DNA of 35,097 nucleotides. Origin: Bacteroidaceae bacterium. Lineage in GTDB: Bacteria; Bacteroidota; Bacteroidia; Bacteroidales; UBA932. Under the pieces are notes generated by a model. That model was not told the DNA's origin. It saw nothing but the letters and a program-made list of their open reading frames with translations, and searched no databases. The DNA lies in assembly GCA_963660255.1 (NCBI GenBank), contig CAVKYA010000001.1, positions 1 through 35,097 on the forward strand, written 5' to 3'. This document shows positions 9,342-16,044 of this stretch, piece after piece (the first letter of the stretch is position 1; every line of letters begins with the position of its first letter). The translations under genes were made by a program, and so were the position numbers.

Positions 9342-9394
9342 AAAAACAATGCGCTCCCCGTCGTGAATTCGGCAGGGAGCGCGTTGTCTATTTT
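9342..9394. terminator. Bidirectional intrinsic terminator between convergent genes
   Basis: 18-bp stem 9346-9363 / 9370-9387 with one mismatch, an A run on the left and a T run on the right. Confidence 0.8.
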
Positions 9395-9396
9395 GG

Positions 9397-9918
9397 TCAG
9401 GAACGACCGAATCGCCAGGCGAGGAGATTGACCAGATTCTCATCGAACTCCTTTCTCCAGACTCTCTGGCAGGATGTGATGTCAAGATATTCATTCCGCA
9501 GGCCGCTGTGGTCGAAAGTGAGGCCGAGCGAAGGATCTTCGGCGACCATATTCCTGACTTTTGTGTACATCTCCAGAAATCTGGCTCTCAGCGGGCCGCA
9601 GAGGATGAAACCCTCGTCGCAGTCGGACCAGTTGATGTCACTGCCGGAAGTGCAGACGCTTGCGGCCTCGATGTACTGCTTGAGCGCCAGAAATGTGAGG
9701 CCTGATTCATTCATAAAGTTTCCGTATTCCTCCCTTGCGAAGCTGAGCGCAAGGATGAAAGGGACTTCCTCTCCGGCCTTGTGGCGTTTATAGACCGTGC
9801 TCTCAAAGCTTTTGATCCTGTCGAGATACTCTTCGGACATTTCCTTGATCAGGTCAAGGCTCATCTTCACGTTTCCGCCTTCGGTCCAGGCGACAAGCTG
9901 GCATTTGTTGTTGTTCAT
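9397..9918 (-). CDS. Hypothetical protein (173 aa, probably alpha-helical, cytoplasmic)
   Basis: The ORF fills the space between a promoter and a terminator and has protein-like composition. ATG 9918 (MNNNK) is preferred over TTG 9936. No family recognised. Confidence 0.75.
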   Translation of the reverse strand: MNNNKCQLVAWTEGGNVKMSLDLIKEMSEEYLDRIKSFESTVYKRHKAGEEVPFILALSFAREEYGNFMNESGLTFLALKQYIEAASVCTSGSDINWSDCDEGFILCGPLRARFLEMYTKVRNMVAEDPSLGLTFDHSGLRNEYLDITSCQRVWRKEFDENLVNLLAWRFGRS

Positions 9919-10055
9919 ACGCACTAAATATATCAAAGAACATAATCAATGGTTGACAAGGCGCGCCGGCCAACCACATAATCCCGGCCACCCGATCCAT
10001 CGTCAGGGCACAATATACCCTTCATTGGACCTTCGTCCGGTTCTTTGTGCGTATG
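9916..10055 (-). promoter_or_regulatory. Structured 5' leader sequestering the start codon (candidate cis-regulatory RNA)
   Basis: 9916-9924 pairs with 10047-10055 and 9935-9941 pairs with 10040-10046. The enclosed hairpins include G-U pairs that form only on the minus strand. Confidence 0.6.
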
Positions 10056-10086
10056 TAAGGGAAATTATTGTCAGTGCATATCGCAA
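10003..10086 (-). CDS. Putative leader peptide (uORF) MRYALTIISLTYAQRTGRRSNEGYIVP
   Basis: TTG-started 27-codon ORF beginning just after the predicted transcription start and overlapping the 5' arm of the leader stem. Translation is not demonstrated. Confidence 0.35.
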   Translation of the reverse strand: MRYALTIISLTYAQRTGRRSNEGYIVP

Positions 10087-10098
10087 GTGATTACACCG

Positions 10099-10130
10099 CA
10101 AATGTAGTGAATATTTTCCATAATTCGCAA
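10099..10130 (-). promoter_or_regulatory. Sigma-A promoter for the hypothetical gene
   Basis: Minus-strand TACATTTG (10106-10099) with TTG 21 nt upstream (10130-10128). Confidence 0.65.
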
Positions 10131-10180
10131 GAATATTCAGAAATATTCCTGAATGTCATCTTTTCATCTGAGAATATATG

Positions 10181-10213
10181 AAAAATCCCGCGAACGTATG
10201 TGCGTCCACGGGA
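10181..10213 (-). terminator. Intrinsic terminator of aqpZ
   Basis: Minus-strand stem TCCCGTGGACG / CGTTCGCGGGA (two G-U pairs) followed by TTTTT. Confidence 0.65.
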
Positions 10214-10288
10214 ATACCTTGATTAAGTAACCGTTATTGCTTTTCTGGTCGCAGGACCGAAGGAATGGCAACTTTGAAAATCGGCTTA

Positions 10289-10966
10289 TTACTCGTCCTT
10301 TGCAGGAGCGATGGCTGACCAGACAACGGCGCTGAGGGCTCCGCCGCAGAGAGGGGCGACGATGAATACCCAGAGATCCTTGAGGGCCTGTCCGCCGGCG
10401 AAGAGAGCCGGACCGATGGAACGTGCCGGGTTCACGGACGTGCCGGTGAGCCTGATGCACACGAGGTGGATGAGGATGAGGGACAGACCGATGGCGAGAC
10501 CTGCGAAATTGCCGGCTCCAACCTTGCTGTCAGTTGTTCCGAGAACCACGAAAACGAACAGGAATGTGGCGATGAACTCAACAAGGAAAGCTCCGCCGGC
10601 TCCGCCAGCGTTGGCGACTGCGTTTGTTCCGAGACCTCCGGTGAGGTCAGGGGCGGCCACAACCTTGGTGAGAAGGAGAAGGATGGCTCCGGCGATGACG
10701 GCACCGATGACCTGACCGATCCAGTAACCGAGAGCGTCCTTCCAGGTCATACGGCCGGAAAGGGCCACTCCAAGTGTGATGGCAGGATTGATGTGGCAGC
10801 CGGAGATGCCTCCGATTGTGTAGGCCATAGCGACGACGGAAAGACCGAAAGCGACGGCCGTGCCGACAACTCCGGCGGCCGTGTTGCAGCCGAGGAACAT
10901 TGCCGTTCCGCAGCCAAGAAGTGTCAGAACCATTGTTCCGATGCACTCAGCGATGTACTTTTTCAT
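10289..10966 (-). CDS. aqpZ: Aquaporin Z (MIP family channel)
   Basis: Two NPA motifs (SGCHINPAIT, TSVNPARS), His/Thr/Arg filter residues typical of water channels, 225 aa. Confidence 0.9.
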   Translation of the reverse strand: MKKYIAECIGTMVLTLLGCGTAMFLGCNTAAGVVGTAVAFGLSVVAMAYTIGGISGCHINPAITLGVALSGRMTWKDALGYWIGQVIGAVIAGAILLLLTKVVAAPDLTGGLGTNAVANAGGAGGAFLVEFIATFLFVFVVLGTTDSKVGAGNFAGLAIGLSLILIHLVCIRLTGTSVNPARSIGPALFAGGQALKDLWVFIVAPLCGGALSAVVWSAIAPAKDE

Positions 10967-11000
10967 AATATCAAAAATTAAAAGTTCTCGTTTTGTACCG

Positions 11001-11048
11001 CTAAATTACAAAATAATCATTGGATATCGTTGATTTTTCCTAAATTTA
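11001..11048. promoter_or_regulatory. Probable divergent promoters for aqpZ and manC
   Basis: Imperfect -7 elements TAATTTAG (minus, 11008-11001) and TAAATTTA (plus, 11041-11048) in an AT-rich spacer. Confidence 0.35.
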
Positions 11049-11085
11049 CAAACAGTAAGAAAACGTTTTTGCTTATATATTATAT

Positions 11086-12174
11086 ATGGAGACACACGTT
11101 GTTATTATGGCGGGAGGCGTCGGCAGCAGACTTTGGCCGGTAAGCACTCCTGAAAGGCCCAAGCAGTTCATCGACCTGCTTGGAATAGGAAAGACGATGA
11201 TTCAGTTGACGGTTGACCGGTTCCAGCCGGTCTGCGACCTGAAGAATTTCTGGGTTGTCACGTCAGAGGCATATGTGGAGATAGTGAAAGAGCAGCTCCC
11301 GAACATCCAGGCCGGACATATTCTTGCGGAGCCGGAGCCTCGCAACACCGCTCCGTGCATAGCGTACGCCTGCTGGAAGATCTCCTCTGTCTGTCCGGAC
11401 GCCAACATTGTCGTGACACCGGCGGATGCGTTGATATTAAACGAGCAGAGATTCTCGAATATAATCCGCAAGGCTCTGAATTTCACGGCCGAAGGTGGCC
11501 GGATTGTGACCGTCGGCATCGAACCGACACGCCCTGAGACCGGCTACGGGTACATATTCGCTGAAGAAAATCGTCCAGAGGAGGTGGTGAAGGTGCGGGA
11601 GTTCAAGGAAAAGCCTGACCTTGCGACGGCCAAGGAATATCTTGCCGCGGGCACCTACTTCTGGAACGCTGGAATATTCGTATGGAGCGCCTCGACCATT
11701 GTCTCGCAGATGAGGGCGCACGCCCCTCAGATCGCGGACGTGATGGACAGAATCGCAGTGTCATTCGGGACTGATAAAGAGAATGAGACCGTCAGGGAAC
11801 TCTTCCCGACCTGCGAGAAGATCTCCATCGACTATGCTGTGATGGAGAAATCCGATGAAATTTATGTCATTGAGGGTGATCTGGGATGGTCCGACCTCGG
11901 CAGCTACAGTTCCGTGAAGGCGCATATTCCTTCACCTGATGACGATCCTGTGCCGGATGGCTGCGCCGCTGATTCCGCTTGCGAAGGGAACAAGGCGGTG
12001 GGCAAGGATGTCCGTCTCTTTGACTGCGACGGCTGCATTGTCCACGCGGAGGATGCCGGAACGGTTATAGTCAAAGGTCTTGAGGGGTATATTGTGGCGG
12101 TCAAGGGCGGCAATGTGCTCGTCTGTCCGCTCGCTGATGAACAGAGGATAAAGGAATATTCTGGCAAGAGGTAG
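11086..12174 (+). CDS. manC: Mannose-1-phosphate guanylyltransferase
   Basis: VIMAGGVGSRLWPVS...PKQF, EPEPRNTAPCI, PTRPETGYGYI, FKEKPD, WNAGIF, ISIDYAVMEK and GWSDLG motifs; no C-terminal PMI cupin domain. Confidence 0.93.
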   Translation: METHVVIMAGGVGSRLWPVSTPERPKQFIDLLGIGKTMIQLTVDRFQPVCDLKNFWVVTSEAYVEIVKEQLPNIQAGHILAEPEPRNTAPCIAYACWKISSVCPDANIVVTPADALILNEQRFSNIIRKALNFTAEGGRIVTVGIEPTRPETGYGYIFAEENRPEEVVKVREFKEKPDLATAKEYLAAGTYFWNAGIFVWSASTIVSQMRAHAPQIADVMDRIAVSFGTDKENETVRELFPTCEKISIDYAVMEKSDEIYVIEGDLGWSDLGSYSSVKAHIPSPDDDPVPDGCAADSACEGNKAVGKDVRLFDCDGCIVHAEDAGTVIVKGLEGYIVAVKGGNVLVCPLADEQRIKEYSGKR

Positions 12175-12182
12175 GCTTTTGT

Positions 12183-13328
12183 ATGAGGTACGTTTTTATC
12201 GTCCAGGGAGAGGGGAGGGGACACTTGACCCAGGCTATCTCTATGGAAAGGCTTCTGCGTGAGAACGGACACGAGGTCGCCGCCGTGCTGGTCGGCAAGA
12301 GTCCGGCCCGAAGGTTGCCGTCATTTTTCGCCGAGACCATCCAAGCCCCGGTCGAGATGTTCGAGAGCTTCAATTTCGTGCCTTCCGCCTCGAACCGCAA
12401 GGCGAGTTCGCTGAAGACAGGTCTGTATAATGTGCTGCACATCGCTGGTTTTGTGCCGTCCATCCGGTTCATCTCGCAGAGGTTGAAGGATTTGAGGCCA
12501 GATGTCGTGGTCAATTTCTACGACATTCTCGGAACCCTCGGCTACCGTTTCAGCCGCCTCAAGTCCCCGATGGTCTGCCTTGGCCACCAGTTCCTCTTCC
12601 TTCATAAAGACTTCAAATTCCCTTCTTCCGGCTATTCAGGCCACTACGCCCTGAACTTTTTCACGAATATGGTCGCGTGGGGCGCTGCAAAGATTCTCGC
12701 GCTCAGTTTCAGACCGATGCCTGACGACACTAAGCGAAAGATAAAGGTCGTTCCGCCGCTTCTGCGTCCGGAAGTGCTTTGTTTACGTCGGGCTGACGGC
12801 TCCGATGATTCGGCTGTACGTGACGGCGGGTATATTCACGGATATATGCTGAACTCCGGATTCTCTCAGGATGTTCTTGAGTGGCATTCCGCCCATCAGG
12901 ATGTTCCGCTGCGCTTTTTCTGGGACAGGGTTGACGAGGCTCCGGTGAAGGTGGTGGATGAGACTCTTTCCTTCTATTATCTGAACGACGAGGAGTTCCT
13001 GCGCCAGATGGCCGGTTGCCACGCCTATGCTTCCACGGCTGGCTTCGAGTCCGTCTGTGAGGCAATGTACTTGGGCAAGCCTTTGCTGATGGTGCCGTCG
13101 CACATCGAGCAGAAATGCAACGCGTATGACGCCACGGAAGGGTATCGGATGGTTTCCGAGGTGGCTGACGGGGATGAGCCTGTTCCTTGCCCGGCTGTGA
13201 CTTCGGACCGTTTTGATCTGGATCTGTTGCTGCACTTTGCTGATAATGAGTTTGTAGCGGACAAATCTTTCCCTCAGTGGGCTCGGTCAGCTGATTCGGT
13301 CTTCTTGAAGGAACTAACTTTTTTGTAA
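12183..13328 (+). CDS. GT-B glycosyltransferase (MJ1255/VC2487-like, GT28-C related)
   Basis: VQGEGRGHLTQA, PDVVVNFYD, GHQF and STAGFESVCEAMYLGKPLLMVPSHIEQ motifs. Confidence 0.85.
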   Translation: MRYVFIVQGEGRGHLTQAISMERLLRENGHEVAAVLVGKSPARRLPSFFAETIQAPVEMFESFNFVPSASNRKASSLKTGLYNVLHIAGFVPSIRFISQRLKDLRPDVVVNFYDILGTLGYRFSRLKSPMVCLGHQFLFLHKDFKFPSSGYSGHYALNFFTNMVAWGAAKILALSFRPMPDDTKRKIKVVPPLLRPEVLCLRRADGSDDSAVRDGGYIHGYMLNSGFSQDVLEWHSAHQDVPLRFFWDRVDEAPVKVVDETLSFYYLNDEEFLRQMAGCHAYASTAGFESVCEAMYLGKPLLMVPSHIEQKCNAYDATEGYRMVSEVADGDEPVPCPAVTSDRFDLDLLLHFADNEFVADKSFPQWARSADSVFLKELTFL

Positions 13329-13344
13329 AATTTTCTCAAAAATA

Positions 13345-13376
13345 TTTGGAGAATTCATCTGAATGCCCTACCTTTG
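13345..13376 (+). promoter_or_regulatory. Consensus Bacteroidetes promoter for the tRNA operon
   Basis: TTTG (13345-13348), 20-nt spacer, TACCTTTG (13369-13376). Confidence 0.8.
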
Positions 13377-13417
13377 CAATCCCAATCAGGAAGACCACTT
13401 CTTGAAAAGGTTGGAAA

Positions 13418-13490
13418 GATTCGTTAGCTCAGTTGGTAGAGCACAACACTTTTAATGTTGGGGTCTCGGGTTCGAGCCCCGAACGGATCA
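13418..13490 (+). tRNA. tRNA-Lys (anticodon TTT)
   Basis: 73-nt cloverleaf with D arm AGCTCAGTTGGTAGAGC, anticodon arm CAACA-CTTTTAA-TGTTG and T loop GTTCGAGC; CCA not encoded. Confidence 0.96.
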
Positions 13491-13548
13491 CAAAAGGAGC
13501 TTCGCTTCTTTCCAGAGCAAAGGCCAAGGCCGCCGCTCAAGACATAAT

Positions 13549-13621
13549 GCTTTGCTAGCTCAGTTGGTAGAGCAACTGACTCTTAATCAGTGGGTCTAGG
13601 GTTCGAGTCCCTAGCAGAGCA
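13549..13621 (+). tRNA. tRNA-Lys (anticodon CTT)
   Basis: 73-nt cloverleaf with acceptor GCTTTGC/GCAGAGC, anticodon arm ACTGA-CTCTTAA-TCAGT and T loop GTTCGAGT. Confidence 0.96.
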
Positions 13622-13624
13622 CAG

Positions 13625-13661
13625 AAAAGACTTCGGACATTGTCTGGAGTCTTTTTTGTTT
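13625..13661 (+). terminator. Intrinsic terminator of the tRNA operon
   Basis: AAAAGACTTCGGACA / TGTCTGGAGTCTTTT stem plus T tract. Confidence 0.85.
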
Positions 13662-13677
13662 ATGTTGCCTCGATGGT

Positions 13678-13751
13678 CACTTCGGCAGGCTCAGTGACCG
13701 ACTTTGAGTTTTGGACTTGACTCTGCTTCGGTCACTGAGCCTGTCGAAGTG
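13678..13751. repeat. REP-like inverted repeat pair (Bacteroidetes CTTCGACAGGCTCAGTGACC type)
   Basis: 24-bp arms at 13678-13701 and 13728-13751 are complementary except at one position; 26-nt spacer. Confidence 0.75.
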
Positions 13752-13777
13752 CCGAAGTTTTGATATATGATAGAATT

Positions 13778-14314
13778 ATGGACAGATTTGAGAAATACGA
13801 GAGTGATCTGGTTGACAGATTGGTGGAGTTGTGCACGGCCAGAGGACTGATGGACGGGATGCTGCTGAGCAGCCCGGACATCACGGCGAGATGGGAACCG
13901 ATAGCTTTGGAATATTCCGGCGACGCGGTCAGGGAGTTCAACGCCTACCCGGAGGTCGTGCTGGCCTGGACGGCCTACATCGGGATGGCTGTGGCCTGCT
14001 GGTGGGACAAGGATTGGGTCCGGTACAAAGACCAGGGATATTCATCACTTGTCGGGGCAAGAGGATTCGATGACTTGGACGAGCACGTGACCAGAGATAT
14101 TCTTAAACATCCTTTGAATTCGAAGGAGGCGGCGGAGATCGCGAAGAACCTCGCCTTTCTGGCCGGGGACGCATATTCATTTATGATGAGGCAGGGAGCC
14201 GAGCCGCAGAGTGTGGACGCTTTCAATATATTCCGCCATACCCTTTCGGCTATGTACCGTGTCGGGGCTGCGATTGAGCTCAAAGCCTTGCGCTACAGGA
14301 TGGAGAAGGTTTAG
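13778..14314 (+). CDS. Hypothetical protein (Bacteroidales type)
   Basis: Clean ORF with host-like codon usage ending at a terminator. ATG 13778 is preferred over TTG 13760. No function recognised. Confidence 0.75.
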   Translation: MDRFEKYESDLVDRLVELCTARGLMDGMLLSSPDITARWEPIALEYSGDAVREFNAYPEVVLAWTAYIGMAVACWWDKDWVRYKDQGYSSLVGARGFDDLDEHVTRDILKHPLNSKEAAEIAKNLAFLAGDAYSFMMRQGAEPQSVDAFNIFRHTLSAMYRVGAAIELKALRYRMEKV

Positions 14315-14344
14315 GGAACTTGATGTACGTCGCGTCTAAAACTG

Positions 14345-14377
14345 ATAAAGGCTGACCTTTTGAAGGCCAGCCTTTAT
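14345..14377. terminator. Probable bidirectional terminator
   Basis: ATAAAGGCTGACCTT / AAGGCCAGCCTTTAT 15-bp stem with one mismatch, between convergent genes. Confidence 0.75.
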
Positions 14378-14412
14378 AATGTCCGGTCAGAGCCGGAGAT
14401 ATGTCTTTGGGG

Positions 14413-15720
14413 TTACTGCTTGACGAAGAGGGAAGCGAAACCGAACATATCCGGATCGAACTTGGTCCAACCGTCAGCCCACATCTCGCCGAATGGCGGC
14501 TCGTTGTAATCACGAAACTCTAAAGTCATTCCATCATCATTAAGACTGAAAACAATAACGGCTTCGCCAAGTTTCTCGGTGTCTGCGCTGAATGCCCTGT
14601 TGGCGGACGACAGCTTGTAGTAGGTGTTTACTTGGTAGGCATAGCCATTGGCTTCGGTCACGAACTGGTTGTTGTCCAAAGCTGTGTATTTTCCGAGTGT
14701 GATGGCGTTCGACGTGGTGTTCGTCGGCTCGGAGAGTGTGACTGTGGCTTTCCTGAAGAAATTGTTGAAGTCTCCGTTTCCGCCAGGTGTCACTGTTACG
14801 GAACCGTCAGATTCCTTGGCGAATGTAAGGGTGAATCCGTCATTATGGGTAGGGAGGGCTTCAGGAGCATCTCCCATATCGGAAAACCAAGAGTTTAGTT
14901 CGTCAAGGTCATAGACCTTGCTGAATTTCCAGGTTCCGATAAGCTTGTCAGGAGTCTGGAGTCCACGCACAGCGAGGGAGGCAGAGCCGTTGTCCCCGGC
15001 GATGAACCTGGAGTCCTCATCCGAATTAATGGAAAGGATGGCGGCCTTGTCGTCAGAGTAGTTCGTAGGGACTGTGAACTTTACTGTGGCGGATGTGCTT
15101 CCAGCCTTAAGCACGGCGTATGGCGCCAATGCGGGGGATGTTTTGGTTTCAGTCTCTGTCGGGACGAATTGGAGATCCGCGGCGCCTTCGCCGGTAAGAG
15201 TGAGCGGAATCACGATGTCCTTGTCAGAGCTGAAATCCTTGCCGGAGACTGTCCCTGTCACTTTGATGGTCGCTACGTAACTTTCAAGCACATAGCCTCT
15301 GGCCATACTGAATGAGCAGACAAGCGCTTCCTGGGCGTCAGGGGCGACAACGGACACGGTTCTCGTGCCAAGATCATAGCCGGCTGGAGCTGTTAATGAA
15401 AGGCTGATCTGCTTGCCTTCGGTGAGCGCCAGATTGGTGATTGTTATGGAACCGGATGTCTCTCCGGCGGCGATGGTCACAGACTGCGCTGAGGCTTCAT
15501 ATTCCTTCCCGGCCTCGGCTTCACCGCTGAAAACAATAGGAACAGTCACAGAGGAGGCCGCCGGTTCGTTTGTCGTGACGAAGACATCCACGCTTCCTTT
15601 CTCATAGACCGTGTAAAGACTCTTCGCAAACTCGATTGTAGGCTTGTCATCCTTCTGGCAGGATGAGATTGTCACGGCCGCCGCGGCAGCCGCCACAAAT
15701 GTCAGAAATCTTCTAAACAT
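14413..15720 (-). CDS. Surface lipoprotein with Calx-beta/Ig-like domains (DUF4929-like)
   Basis: Lipobox ISSC followed by QKDDK. Calx-beta-like segment PIVFSGEAEAGKEY...VTIAAGETSGSITI. Last gene of a SusCD module. The DUF4929 assignment is from recall. Confidence 0.65.
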   Translation of the reverse strand: MFRRFLTFVAAAAAAVTISSCQKDDKPTIEFAKSLYTVYEKGSVDVFVTTNEPAASSVTVPIVFSGEAEAGKEYEASAQSVTIAAGETSGSITITNLALTEGKQISLSLTAPAGYDLGTRTVSVVAPDAQEALVCSFSMARGYVLESYVATIKVTGTVSGKDFSSDKDIVIPLTLTGEGAADLQFVPTETETKTSPALAPYAVLKAGSTSATVKFTVPTNYSDDKAAILSINSDEDSRFIAGDNGSASLAVRGLQTPDKLIGTWKFSKVYDLDELNSWFSDMGDAPEALPTHNDGFTLTFAKESDGSVTVTPGGNGDFNNFFRKATVTLSEPTNTTSNAITLGKYTALDNNQFVTEANGYAYQVNTYYKLSSANRAFSADTEKLGEAVIVFSLNDDGMTLEFRDYNEPPFGEMWADGWTKFDPDMFGFASLFVKQ

Positions 15721-15800
15721 ACTGCAATAAATTAACAAAACTACTATAATACACTACTGTTTCTATCGTATAAAGCATCGATGGCTTTCAAATGTTAACG

Positions 15801-16019
15801 TCATTCGCTCTCGCCAGCACTGATGGCTGCCTCATACTCGGCCTTGATGGCCTTGACTTCCTCCCTTTCCGCCGCCGTAGGGATTTCCCCTTTCGGTTTG
15901 ATATAGCTTTTTGAGGCGTCGGAAGTCTTTGGCGGAAGTTCGTTATAGGAACATCCACAAAGGGTTGTGCCGACAAAAACGGCGACTAATATAGCAAATA
16001 TATTTCTTTTTGTATTCAT
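15801..16019 (-). CDS. Small lipoprotein (72 aa)
   Basis: ATG start, signal peptide II (LCGC), charged helical C-terminus, in operon position between SusD and the next lipoprotein. Confidence 0.75.
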   Translation of the reverse strand: MNTKRNIFAILVAVFVGTTLCGCSYNELPPKTSDASKSYIKPKGEIPTAAEREEVKAIKAEYEAAISAGESE

Positions 16020-16044
16020 AATGCTTGAAAAATGTAAGTCGTGC

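Noticed and set aside
9990..10020. CUGACGA after a stem in the leader, resembling a hammerhead ribozyme core
   Set aside because: There is no GAAA and no stem III/NUH cleavage site in the required positions.
9916..10055. Retron-like msr/msd enclosed by outer inverted repeats
   Set aside because: There is no reverse transcriptase in the window, and the adjacent protein lacks RT motifs such as YADD.
13418..13621. tRNA pair as the integration site of a genomic island
   Set aside because: I saw no integrase and no duplicated tRNA 3' end, and the flanking genes look chromosomal.
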